Of a stretch of 64,000 nucleotides of DNA, positions 32,684 through 43,464 are shown one piece after another; position 1 is the stretch's first letter, and each line of letters opens with the position of its first letter. The notes under the pieces were generated by a model. That model was given only the letters and a program-made list of their open reading frames with translations. It did no database searches and was not told the origin of the DNA. Source of the stretch: Synechococcus sp. (GTDB lineage: Bacteria; Cyanobacteriota; Cyanobacteriia; PCC-6307; Cyanobiaceae); NCBI GenBank assembly GCA_047285805.1, contig JBJBCN010000002.1:1216001-1280000 (forward strand), read 5' to 3'. The translations under genes and the position numbers were made by a program.

Positions 32684-33871
32684 ATGGTGGACACCCTCAT
32701 CCTGGTGCTGTTCGTGGTCTCCGGAGCCGCCGCGGGCTGGCTAGGAGTCGATCTGCTGCCCGAGCAACAGTTGATCCGCATCCAAAACCTGGAGCAGCTG
32801 AGCTGGATCCTCGGCGGCGGCGGTGCTTTGGCGGGCCTCTTGGCCGGGTTTGTCTTCCAGAGGCTGCGGCGCCGGCTCATGGAGCAGGTGCGCACGATGC
32901 CCACCGATCTGCTGGTGAGCCGGGCCGTGGGCTTAATCCTGGGCCTGCTCGTTGCCAACCTGCTGATCTCGCCCATCCTGTTCCTCTCTCTCCCTTGGGA
33001 GCTGGTGCTGGTGAAGCCCCTGGCGGCCATTGCCGCTAACGTTTTCTTTGGCGTCTCGGGCTACAACCTCGCCGAGGTCCACGGCCGCACCCTGCTGCGG
33101 CTGTTCAACCCCAACAGCACCGAAGCCCTGCTGGTGGCCGACGGGGTCCTGATGCCCGCCAGCGCCAAGATCCTCGACACGAGCGTGATCATCGATGGCC
33201 GCATCCGCGGCCTGCTCGAGTCAGGTCTGCTGGAAGGACAAGTGATCGTCGCCCAGGCGGTCATCGACGAGCTGCAGACCCTGGCGGACTCCTCAAACAC
33301 CGAGAAGCGCGGCAAGGGACGCCGCGGCCTCAAGCTCCTCAGCAACCTGCGCGAGCGCTACGGCCGCCGTCTTGTAGTCAACACCACCCGGTACGAAGGC
33401 AATGGGGTCGACGACAAGCTGCTCAAACTGACGGCGGACACCGGCGGCACCCTGCTCACGGCCGACTACAACCTCGCGAAGGTCGGCGAAGTGCAGGAGC
33501 TGAAGGTGATGAACCTCAGCGAACTGGTCATCGCACTGCGCCCCGAGGTGCAGCCGGGCGATGAGCTGAGCATCAAGGTGGTCCGCGACGGCAAGGAATC
33601 CCACCAGGGCGTGGGTTACCTCGAGGACGGAACGATGGTGGTCGTCGATGGCGGCCATGGCTTGAGCGGCGAGCGCCTTCAGGTCACCGTGACTGGCGCC
33701 CTGCAGACGCCAACTGGGCGGATGGTCTTCGCCAAGCGCGATGGTTGGGAGGGTAAAGAGAGTGCAGGGCCCATTCCACCCAAGGGAAGTGGTAGCAACG
33801 CACGCAATCGCGGCAAGGCCAGCGGAAAACGCGGCGGAAAACGCGATCAGGACCCCGCCAACCCCCGCTAG
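32684..33871 (+). CDS. PIN/TRAM-domain membrane protein (YacL-like)
   Basis: LDTSVIIDGRI, DYNL and QGVGYLEDGTMVVV. Confidence 0.92.
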   Translation: MVDTLILVLFVVSGAAAGWLGVDLLPEQQLIRIQNLEQLSWILGGGGALAGLLAGFVFQRLRRRLMEQVRTMPTDLLVSRAVGLILGLLVANLLISPILFLSLPWELVLVKPLAAIAANVFFGVSGYNLAEVHGRTLLRLFNPNSTEALLVADGVLMPASAKILDTSVIIDGRIRGLLESGLLEGQVIVAQAVIDELQTLADSSNTEKRGKGRRGLKLLSNLRERYGRRLVVNTTRYEGNGVDDKLLKLTADTGGTLLTADYNLAKVGEVQELKVMNLSELVIALRPEVQPGDELSIKVVRDGKESHQGVGYLEDGTMVVVDGGHGLSGERLQVTVTGALQTPTGRMVFAKRDGWEGKESAGPIPPKGSGSNARNRGKASGKRGGKRDQDPANPR

Positions 33872-33903
33872 GCTCCGGCTTCAAGCCAGCAGTGGATCCG
33901 CGG

Positions 33904-34581
33904 ATGTCGGTGTCAGCCCCCTACTACGGCGATTCAGCCGTGATGCGCACCCCACCGCCTGACCTTCCCTCCCTCTTGCTGAAGGAGCGGATCGTCTACC
34001 TGGGTTTGCCCCTGTTCAGCGATGACGACGCCAAGCGTCAGATGGGCATCGATGTCACGGAGCTGATCATTGCCCAACTCCTCTATCTGGAGTTCGACAA
34101 CCCCGAGAAGCCGATCTTCTTTTACATCAACTCCACCGGCACCAGCTGGTACTCGGGTGATGCCATCGGCTTTGAGACCGAAGCCTTCGCCATCGCGGAC
34201 ACCATCCGCTACGTGAAACCCCCGGTGCACACCATCTGCATCGGCCAGGCCATGGGCACCGCGGCGATGATCCTTAGCGCGGGCACCAAAGGCCACCGTG
34301 CAGCTCTCCCCCACGCCTCGATCGTGCTGCATCAACCCCGCAGCGGTGCCCGCGGCCAAGCCAGCGACATTCAGATTCGAGCCAAAGAGGTTCTGCACAA
34401 CAAGCGCACCATGCTCGAGATGCTCTCGGCCAACACCGGCAAGAGCACTGAAGAACTCTCCAAGGCCTCCGATCGGATGACCTACCTGACCGCCGAGCAG
34501 GCGGTTGAGTACGGCCTGATCGACAGGGTCCTGACCAGCCAAAAAGACCTTCCTTCACCCGTGCCCGGCGGCATCGGCTGA
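33904..34581 (+). CDS. clpR: Clp protease subunit, ClpR-like
   Basis: PPDLPSLLLKERIVYLG; the catalytic Ser is replaced (QAMGTA). Confidence 0.85.
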   Translation: MSVSAPYYGDSAVMRTPPPDLPSLLLKERIVYLGLPLFSDDDAKRQMGIDVTELIIAQLLYLEFDNPEKPIFFYINSTGTSWYSGDAIGFETEAFAIADTIRYVKPPVHTICIGQAMGTAAMILSAGTKGHRAALPHASIVLHQPRSGARGQASDIQIRAKEVLHNKRTMLEMLSANTGKSTEELSKASDRMTYLTAEQAVEYGLIDRVLTSQKDLPSPVPGGIG

Positions 34582-34617
34582 TCCTTCTTTCCCCGTCCCC
34601 CACTCACCAGACCAGCC

Positions 34618-35220
34618 ATGCCTATCGGTACTCCAAGCGTTCCATACCGCCTTCCCGGCAGCCAGTATGAGCGCTGGGTTGACATCTACACCCGTCTCGG
34701 TGTGGAGCGCATCCTCTTCCTCGGCTCCGAGGTCAACGACGCCATCGCAAACAGCTTGGTGGCGCAAATGCTGTATCTCGACTCCGACGACAACAGCAAG
34801 CCCATCTATCTGTACATCAACTCCCCCGGTGGCTCGGTGACCGCAGGTCTCGCGATCTACGACACCATCCAGTACGTCAAGAGCGACGTGGTGACCATCT
34901 GCGTGGGCCTGGCCGCCTCGATGGGTGCCTTCCTGCTGGGCTCTGGCACCAAGGGCAAACGGTTGGCCCTGCCCCACAGCCGAATCATGATTCACCAACC
35001 CCTGGGCGGCACCAGCCAACGCCAGGCGAGTGACATTGAGATCGAGGCGCGGGAAATCCTGCGCATGAAGGACATGCTTAACAACAACATGGCGGGCATG
35101 ACCGGCCAACCGGTCGAGAGGATCGAAAAGGACACCGACCGGGACTACTTCATGAGTGCAGAGGAGGCCATGAACTACGGCCTAATTGACCGGGTGATTG
35201 CCCACCCCAGCGAAGCCTGA
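34618..35220 (+). CDS. clpP: ATP-dependent Clp protease proteolytic subunit
   Basis: YINSPGG, AASMG, MIHQP and DRD. Confidence 0.96.
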   Translation: MPIGTPSVPYRLPGSQYERWVDIYTRLGVERILFLGSEVNDAIANSLVAQMLYLDSDDNSKPIYLYINSPGGSVTAGLAIYDTIQYVKSDVVTICVGLAASMGAFLLGSGTKGKRLALPHSRIMIHQPLGGTSQRQASDIEIEAREILRMKDMLNNNMAGMTGQPVERIEKDTDRDYFMSAEEAMNYGLIDRVIAHPSEA

Positions 35221-35244
35221 GGAAGCTGACCGGCGCTTTCGTAA

Positions 35245-36276
<1,032 letters not shown>

Positions 36277-36284
36277 TTCAGGCC

Positions 36285-37313
36285 TTGTTGCTTCCAAGCG
36301 GGGTGGATGCCTTCACGGGGATCCACCCCTTTTTCTTGGTCCTGGGCGCCGCCGGACTCGATCGTTGGATCGGGGACCCTCGCTGGTGCCTGCATCCAGT
36401 CGTGGTGATGGGCTGGTTGATTACACAGCTGCGGCGGCTCGCGGAGCGCTACTGCGGAGGCTCCCCTCTTGGCCTACGGCTGGCGGGAGGCGGAATCACC
36501 CTGCTGTTGGTGCTGGGCAGCAGCGGCTTCGGCTGTTGGCTTGAGCATCGCAGCCGGGAGCTGTCCTGGCCGATGGGATCAATCCTTCTCTTGGTCGCCC
36601 TGGCCAGCGCCCTTGCCGGACGCAGCCTGGAGCAGGCGGTACAAGCCGTCCTCGAAGCCCTGAAGAACACCAGCGAGCTCGATCCGGCGCGTCAAGCCTT
36701 GAGCTTGATCGTGGGCAGAGACACCCGCACGTTGAACCGTCAGGAGATTCTGCGGGCCGCCGCGGAGACCGCGAGCGAGAACGCCGTCGATGGGCTCTTC
36801 GCGCCGCTGTTCTGGATGCTGATCGGAGCAGCACTCTGGCCGTATGGTGGGCCGGGTCCGTTGGCCCTGGCCTGGGGATTCAAGGCGGCGAGCACCCTGG
36901 ATTCAATGCTCGGCTACCGTCGCGGGACCCTGCGTTGGCTGGGAACCGCCGGAGCCAAGCTCGATGACCTGTTGGTCTGGTTGCCCTGCCGGCTTGTCAC
37001 CATCAGCCTGCCTCTCGTGCAGGTCAGCACGGCCCAACGGGTTCTGCCCCTGGCGCGGCGAGCCCTGCTGGAGGGCAAGCCCGATCCATCACCCAACGCG
37101 GGAGTCTCCCAGGCGAGCTATGCCCAGTGCCTGGAGATTCAACTGGGGGGCGTCAATCGCTACGCAGACAAGACCACCAGCAAACCCCTGCTAGCCGCTG
37201 GCGCTCGTCCTCCGGAGCCAGTCGATGTGGAACGCCTGCTCGCCTTAAGTCGCCGTCTCGAGGGTCTCTGGTTGCTGCTCGCCCTGTTAGTAGGCGCCGC
37301 GGTCCATCGGTAG
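36285..37313 (+). CDS. cbiB: Adenosylcobinamide-phosphate synthase
   Basis: GDP..LHPVV, VGRDT, SENAVDG, TLDSMLGY and SPNAG. Confidence 0.93.
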   Translation: MLLPSGVDAFTGIHPFFLVLGAAGLDRWIGDPRWCLHPVVVMGWLITQLRRLAERYCGGSPLGLRLAGGGITLLLVLGSSGFGCWLEHRSRELSWPMGSILLLVALASALAGRSLEQAVQAVLEALKNTSELDPARQALSLIVGRDTRTLNRQEILRAAAETASENAVDGLFAPLFWMLIGAALWPYGGPGPLALAWGFKAASTLDSMLGYRRGTLRWLGTAGAKLDDLLVWLPCRLVTISLPLVQVSTAQRVLPLARRALLEGKPDPSPNAGVSQASYAQCLEIQLGGVNRYADKTTSKPLLAAGARPPEPVDVERLLALSRRLEGLWLLLALLVGAAVHR

Positions 37314-38045
37314 GAGCACCACACCGATCGTGCGCAGGACGATGCCCAGATCCAACCAAAAATTGCGGTTGCGAGCGTAAAAGAGATCGAGCTTCACCCG
37401 AGTCTCATATGGCAGGTTGTTCCGGCCGGAGACCTGCCAGAGGCCGGTTAATCCGGGGCGGACCGAAAGCACCTCATCCATGGTGCGGCCGTAGCGCTCA
37501 AGTTCGTCCCAGACGATCGGGCGGGGCCCCACCACGCTCATCTCACCCTTGAGGACGTTGATGAACTGAGGCAGCTCGTCGAGGCTGGAGCGGCGCAGGA
37601 AACGGCCAATCGGCGTGATTCGCGGATCATTTTTGAGCTTGAAGTCCCGCTCAAATTCGGCCCGCAGCACCGGATCAGACGCCAGCACTTCTGCCAGAAT
37701 TCGATCGGCGTCCTTGCGCATCGTGCGGAACTTCAGGCACCCAAAGCCCCGGTAGCCGCGGCCGATGCGGCGCTGACAATAGAAGACTGATCCCTTGGAG
37801 CTCAGCTTGACCACGAGAGCCAGCACCAGCAGCAACGGCGAGCCCAGGATCAGCACCAAGAGGGAAAAGCTGATGTCACCGACGCGCTTGACGATGCGTC
37901 CTCGCTTGGATTGAGCCCTCAGCCAGAAGCTGGCCGTGGATTCAGCGGGAATCGAGTCAACGGCGGACAAACGCGCAGGGATTAGGCAAGTTCCAGCTTT
38001 AATTAAAGAAGTCGGGTGTTCAAGGCGAAACCTCGATGCGGTCAC
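37287..38045 (-). CDS. Sugar transferase (bacterial phosphoglycosyl transferase)
   Basis: KFRTM, DPRIT, SLDELPQ, VGPRP and RPGLTGLWQV. Confidence 0.93.
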   Translation of the reverse strand: MTASRFRLEHPTSLIKAGTCLIPARLSAVDSIPAESTASFWLRAQSKRGRIVKRVGDISFSLLVLILGSPLLLVLALVVKLSSKGSVFYCQRRIGRGYRGFGCLKFRTMRKDADRILAEVLASDPVLRAEFERDFKLKNDPRITPIGRFLRRSSLDELPQFINVLKGEMSVVGPRPIVWDELERYGRTMDEVLSVRPGLTGLWQVSGRNNLPYETRVKLDLFYARNRNFWLDLGIVLRTIGVVLLPMDRGAY

Positions 38046-39242
38046 TCAAGCCATAGGCACAGGCAAGGCGCGGCCGCGCTCCTGGCGGGCCCGTTGATAT
38101 CGGCTCCAGCTGTGCTCAATCACCGCCTCCATGCGGGCGCGGAAGCGCGCGGGACTGAAGCCTTCCGCCCATTGCCGGAGTTGTTCGGCAGGGAGTTGCT
38201 GCCAGAGCCGCTGCTGCTCAAAGGTCTCCAGGGCAGCCACCAGCGAGCTGAGCTCTTGATCCGGGAACAGCAGGCCAGTGGGCTGGCGATCGCCCCGCTG
38301 GATGCAGCGGACGGTGTCCAGCAATCCGCCCTGACCCAAGGCAATCACCGGAGCCCCGGCGGCCATCGCCTCCACGGGGGCAATACCGAAGTCCTCAAGC
38401 CCGGCGTAGACGTAGGCGCGGCAACGGCTCAGCCAGGCGTTGACATCGTCCTCGGGAAGGCGGCCCAGCAGCCGAACATTGGGACCGGCCATGGCCTGCA
38501 ACCGCACACGCTCGGGGCCATCACCAATCACCACCAAGGGAAGACCGGTGCGGTTGAACGCCTCCACAACGAGATCGACCCGCTTGTAAGGCACCAGCCG
38601 GCAGAGGCAGAGGTAGACGTCATCGCGAGGCTGATCCCAACGAAAGCGATCGACGTCAACCGGCGGGTGAACAACGGTGGACTCCCGCCCCCAGTAGCGG
38701 GCGATGCGTGAGGCCGTGAAACGGGAATTCGCCAGCAACTGATCCGGACGCTGGCCGCTAAGCACATCCCATTGGCGCAGTTGATGCAACTGCGCGCGAA
38801 TCAAGGGACCGAGGCCGCGCCGGGCCAGGGAGGACTGGCGCAGGTAGGCATGCATCTGGTCCCAGGCGTAACGCACGGGGGTGTGGACGTAGCTCAGATG
38901 GCACTGATCGGGGCCGGTCAACACCCCCTTGGCCACCAGGTGATTGCTGCTGATCACTAAGGGATAGCCCGTCAGATCGAGCTGCTCGATCGCCATCGGC
39001 AGCAGCGGCAGGTACTGCTGGACATGGCTTACGCCAAAAGGCAGTCGCTGGACAAACGAGCTGGTGATCGAGCGACCCGTCAGCCAACTTCCGCGGCGAC
39101 GACTCTCCCCATCCACCAAGGCAAAGAGCTGAGGCTGCTGCAGGAGGTCATCCAACTCCTGGACCACCAGTTCAGCCCCCCCCACCGACCGGGGGGTAAA
39201 CCACTCGTGCACCAGGGCGATCGGCCCGATTCCAGGAAGCAT
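38046..39242 (-). CDS. GT4 glycosyltransferase
   Basis: GGAE, RLVPYKR and EDFGIAPVEAMA. Confidence 0.93.
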   Translation of the reverse strand: MLPGIGPIALVHEWFTPRSVGGAELVVQELDDLLQQPQLFALVDGESRRRGSWLTGRSITSSFVQRLPFGVSHVQQYLPLLPMAIEQLDLTGYPLVISSNHLVAKGVLTGPDQCHLSYVHTPVRYAWDQMHAYLRQSSLARRGLGPLIRAQLHQLRQWDVLSGQRPDQLLANSRFTASRIARYWGRESTVVHPPVDVDRFRWDQPRDDVYLCLCRLVPYKRVDLVVEAFNRTGLPLVVIGDGPERVRLQAMAGPNVRLLGRLPEDDVNAWLSRCRAYVYAGLEDFGIAPVEAMAAGAPVIALGQGGLLDTVRCIQRGDRQPTGLLFPDQELSSLVAALETFEQQRLWQQLPAEQLRQWAEGFSPARFRARMEAVIEHSWSRYQRARQERGRALPVPMA

Positions 39243-39357
39243 GGCTCGCAGCCTAAGGGCGTTCCTTGAACTTTGATTGCCCGTCAGGTCACGAAAGTTC
39301 TCAGCTGATTGCCCTCAGACCACGAACTCTGAATCCTGAGGGAACTGCGTCTGAGCC

Positions 39358-39600
39358 ATGGCCATCCGCGAGCTACTGGAAGACGAGCTGAAGACGCCCT
39401 CCATTGGCACAACCGATTGCTTTAGCTGGCACGCCACGTCCGTCGGCATCGCGGCGCTGTGGACCGCCGGTCAGGCGCCCACACCTCTGCCTTACGACGA
39501 CGCCCTCAAAGAAGGGCTCGAAGTGGGCCTCGATCTCAGCCGCGAAGAACGGGAATTTCACCAAGTCAGCCAAGGGCTGGTCCTGGTCTTCCACAGCTGA
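39358..39600 (+). CDS. Conserved cyanobacterial hypothetical protein
   Basis: Host-like codon usage; ends GLDLSREEREFHQV..GLVLVFHS. Confidence 0.75.
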   Translation: MAIRELLEDELKTPSIGTTDCFSWHATSVGIAALWTAGQAPTPLPYDDALKEGLEVGLDLSREEREFHQVSQGLVLVFHS

Positions 39601-39889
39601 TCAATAACAACGGAGAGGGTGTTTGTCGATTTCATGCTCTGACGCACCTCAGCGAACCAACACGAACTTATTTTCCGAAATCGTCGGCAAACACCCTGCT
39701 ACCATTTCGCGACAGTCCACGAACGCTTGCGAACGACCCTGAGCGACCCATCTCACGACGGAAATCGGTCTGGAGCATTTTGAGTCGTGAGTAATCAGGA
39801 AGGTTCCGCAAGGCATAAAAAGGCAGAGCACCGATGAGTGCCCTGCCAACAGAGAGTTCTGAGGTATTTAGGTCCCCCACCCATCGGGG

Positions 39890-40087
39890 TCATCTGGATG
39901 CCATGCGGTCTGCCATCCATTTGGTGACCTCCTGTTCGTTCCAGACGACCGTGCGGGAACCCAATTGGATCTGCTTCGGGAAGGTTCCGTCCCTCATGCG
40001 GTCATAGATGGAGGTCTTGCCCATCCCCGTCATCTGAAGCACCTCTGAGATGCGGAGGAAGCGGGGTGCAGTGACTTGCTTAGGCAT
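39890..40087 (-). CDS. alpA: AlpA-family regulator/excisionase
   Basis: FLRISEVLQMTGMGKTSIY...FPKQIQLGSRTVVW. Confidence 0.92.
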   Translation of the reverse strand: MPKQVTAPRFLRISEVLQMTGMGKTSIYDRMRDGTFPKQIQLGSRTVVWNEQEVTKWMADRMASR

Positions 40088-40185
40088 CAGACCGACACCT
40101 CCTCTGGATCAAACAGGAAGTCGGTGAAACGTCCGCCAGTCACAACGGGTGCCGGTTCAGGTTCCTGGGGGGTGGCATCTCTTGT

Positions 40186-40506
40186 TTATTGTTCGTATAA
40201 GGTCACAGCTTTCTGAAGCCCTTCCCCCCCGTCGCCAGCACCTTCTGCTGCTGCTCCGCGAAGGTGTCGGAGATGTATTTGAGGAAGATCAATCCCAGGA
40301 CAAGATGCTTGTATTCGGCGGCATCCATCTGGGCACAGAGTTTGTCCCCTGATGCCCAGAGCACTGCCTTGAAGCCCTTGGCGAGTGGTTCCTTCTTCTT
40401 TCTTGGGTTGCTCGTCTTCGCCTAAGCGGACAGATGCCAGCAACGCATCCAGGTCGGCAGGTGCTTGGACTACGCCTTGAGCGAGAGGGACAACGGGATT
40501 TGTCAT
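40186..40506 (-). pseudogene. hsdM: Truncated, frameshifted type I R-M methylase (HsdM N-terminus)
   Basis: An alternative minus frame reads FKAVLWASGDKLCAQMDAAEYKHLVLGLIFLKYISDTF. Confidence 0.8.
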
Positions 40507-41320
40507 TTACTTATTTGATAAGTCATGAAATACCTATGAGGGCAGATCTTTAATAATCCAAACTGGTGGCGAAGAGACGAAGGAATTTCGATTTGTCCCT
40601 GGTCAAATCATTATCCATCCGTCTTCTATGCTTAATTGTGTTGCACCGGTTTTGAGTGTTGTCCGCCACGTATGTGTCGGCTTGATTGAGAGCGATGTAA
40701 AAGCAACTGACGATCTTTCAAAGTTATTCGATATTGATACAGGTGCCCGAGTTTTGTTATCCCTCGACAGCACACTATTACAGGTTGGTTTGATCAGACT
40801 TGGGTTAAGTATGATCGGCGCCAAAGCGCCCGAAGCATTGCTGAAAGCTGCAGATTCAGACTTGGCTGAAATTCACGTAGCCCATTTTCAGCATTGGGAG
40901 ATCAAAGACGAAAGAATGACGATTTAAGAGCACAGAATAGAGTGTTTCAAGCACTCGAGGACATCTCAGCAGAAGTCAGAGCAGAAGCGGCGACTATCAT
41001 CGTTTAATCATGCGAAGCGGAAGATGTTAAAGACATGCGCTCATCAGAGAATCAATCGAAGCAGACACTCAGGTAAGCCAGAATACAGCGGCGGGGCCGA
41101 CGAAACTCGAAGCAATCAACAGCATCTAAAGCATAGAAAAAGTAAAATCGACAGAAACAGATGAGTCAACTCAAGCAGTATTCAATGTAGCGATGAATAT
41201 TCTAAGCTGAGATTCATAGGAACAACAAGAATGCAGAAAGCCAAGAAGATAATTCAAAAGGAACCGGTCACCATGGAGAGAATTAAGTCAATAACACAAT
41301 CAGAGGCGCGACCTACCAAA

Positions 41321-41337
41321 CTGATAAGAAATGGATA
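41321..41337 (+). promoter_or_regulatory. CTGATAAGAAATGGATA motif upstream of fciA
   Basis: 16/17 identical to the copy at 44962-44978. Confidence 0.6.
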
Positions 41338-41438
41338 CGAACAAGAGAAAAAGTAATCTCTCAGCAAAATGCAAAATATTAAGCTTGTCACGCACAAGCC
41401 CAGGATAACAATAGAGTATATAAATACGGAGAAGAAGT

Positions 41439-42470
41439 TTGCGAAAAAAACGATCTCGAAATTATGTGTTCTCGGATACGCTTGAGATGGAAGAGTTTTG
41501 CAAAGCACATTTTGAGGAATATCACTCAACATCCAGCTTCGGATGCAATGTAACTCAGTTGAGCACAGGTCTTCTCGAAACAAAGACAACTTGCTCACCA
41601 ATTCAAGATGTACATCTTGAGATTTTCAACTCTAACCAAACGTTACTCTATGAGGAAGAAGCGAACACAAAGTCAGTATCATTCTGCTGGCTTGATAGAT
41701 TGAGTGCTAATGACAAGGCACCACTGACAATAATCAGTGGACACCAAATGACAAGCAATAGCATTGCAGGCTTCAACCGGATAAACAAAACAGGTGGAAA
41801 TATCTGGGATATCATTGGCGCAAATGAAAAGCTCTGCTGCATGAGCTTAAAATGGAATATATTGCAAAAGAGAATCAACAAGTTAAATGCATTTAATGCC
41901 TATGCAAGGCTTGAGGAATGCATCGGCATTGACTCAGATGATGATCCGAGCGTACAGCTCAAAGAGTTATTTAACAACCATTTTTCTGGCAAGTCATCCA
42001 CGAATACAAACTCTTTTTACGATCTAGCAATCATATTCTTAGACAACGAAGACAGTGAATCAACACATGATTTTCATCGATGTGAGTCTACAGACCTAGT
42101 AGAGGATATGGTCAAACTAATTCACGAGGATAGAGCTGGTAGGCCTCCAATAACACTTGATGAAATCACTGAATACCTCAATTCAAGTACAGACTCACTG
42201 AATAGAGCATGCCAGAGAATGTTTAATATGGGTGTGCTTGAGCTTGTCAGAAGAGTACGAATAGAACAGACCCGTAAGTTTTTTTTGAATCCACATTCCA
42301 CAATAGGACTCAAGGAATTTACAAAAAAAAGAGTAGCACTTTACTATGGCTTTAAAGACTGGAAAAAGTTTGAGATGTCTTACGCTCTATATTTCGGGGA
42401 AACTCCTAGTCAAACAATAGATCGGTCAAATAAGACTTTGTATTCATTTAACGCACGGCCTGGAGATTGA
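41439..42470 (+). CDS. fciA: AraC-family regulator FciA of the CA4 island
   Basis: C-terminal AraC HTH (...YGF...YFGETPSQT); first of two tandem AraC genes next to a phycobilin lyase. Confidence 0.85.
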   Translation: MRKKRSRNYVFSDTLEMEEFCKAHFEEYHSTSSFGCNVTQLSTGLLETKTTCSPIQDVHLEIFNSNQTLLYEEEANTKSVSFCWLDRLSANDKAPLTIISGHQMTSNSIAGFNRINKTGGNIWDIIGANEKLCCMSLKWNILQKRINKLNAFNAYARLEECIGIDSDDDPSVQLKELFNNHFSGKSSTNTNSFYDLAIIFLDNEDSESTHDFHRCESTDLVEDMVKLIHEDRAGRPPITLDEITEYLNSSTDSLNRACQRMFNMGVLELVRRVRIEQTRKFFLNPHSTIGLKEFTKKRVALYYGFKDWKKFEMSYALYFGETPSQTIDRSNKTLYSFNARPGD

Positions 42471-42473
42471 TAC

Positions 42474-43439
42474 ATGAAAAAATCCATTGAATATAGTGAT
42501 CCACTAGAACTTTCTGAAGAGCTTGCAAAGCTTGGTCAGCTAACGAAAATAACGCAATTAGAAGGCGGCAGTGGTTTATATACCATGCAAGCAGCAAGTG
42601 CAAATAAAGTTGCCCTGGCGGAAATATCTGCAAACAAGACATTATTGTACGAAGGGTGGGGCAATGGGATAACTATTGATTTCAATTGGATTACACCGAA
42701 AGAAAGTAATCAAGTCACCTTTGGTTTTTGTGATGGATTTCAGATGACCAAGAATAGTCTGGCTGGGTTTGGCACCATTAATTCAGTGCCAGGTAATGCA
42801 TGGGGAAAATATGGCAGTGAATGCTCGAGTACTGGTTGCATGATTGAAAAGAAGTTCCTACTTGAATTATTAGAGAGTTGCAAAGCATATGATGGACTCG
42901 AACGACTCACTGGTGATCAAGGTCTTCATTGTAATAATAAAGCTCTAAACCAGCTTAAGCAATTATCTGCGAGAGAAGTATCGTCAGGTATTCGGGACCC
43001 ACAAAAGTATTTTGATCTGGTGATCGCATGCCTTGAAGAACCAATGAATGAGCAAAGTGGTCAGGAAAAAAGACACGTCGATGAATTGAGAGAAATTATA
43101 AATCTTGCACACAGCGAAAGCGCAAGGGAATCCCCTCTATCGTTATCAGAAGTATGCCGATATATAAATACAAGCCAAGCATCTTTGTATCGGATATGTC
43201 AGGAATACTTTGGCATGGGAATTATAGAATTGATGACACATATTAGACTAGAAGAATCCAGGAGAATCATGCTCAACCAAGAAGCGCGTCAAAAACTAAG
43301 GTTGCATTCGATTCGAGATATTGCGATTAGATATGGATTCAGACATCAAGGAAGATATGCAAGGCGCTATTATACTGCATTTGGAGAACTTCCCAGTCAA
43401 ACAATAGAAAGGTCGAGAAGATATAGATTACCAATATAG
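42474..43439 (+). CDS. fciB: AraC-family regulator FciB of the CA4 island
   Basis: SIRDIAIRYGFRHQGRYARRYYTAFGELPSQT; starts 3 bp after the fciA stop. Confidence 0.85.
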   Translation: MKKSIEYSDPLELSEELAKLGQLTKITQLEGGSGLYTMQAASANKVALAEISANKTLLYEGWGNGITIDFNWITPKESNQVTFGFCDGFQMTKNSLAGFGTINSVPGNAWGKYGSECSSTGCMIEKKFLLELLESCKAYDGLERLTGDQGLHCNNKALNQLKQLSAREVSSGIRDPQKYFDLVIACLEEPMNEQSGQEKRHVDELREIINLAHSESARESPLSLSEVCRYINTSQASLYRICQEYFGMGIIELMTHIRLEESRRIMLNQEARQKLRLHSIRDIAIRYGFRHQGRYARRYYTAFGELPSQTIERSRRYRLPI

Positions 43440-43464
43440 GTGCCTTGCAGCCAGAGAGAATGTT

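Noticed and set aside
40628..40927. 99-aa ORF upstream of fciA
   Set aside because: No motifs and an uncertain start; it may be a fragment.
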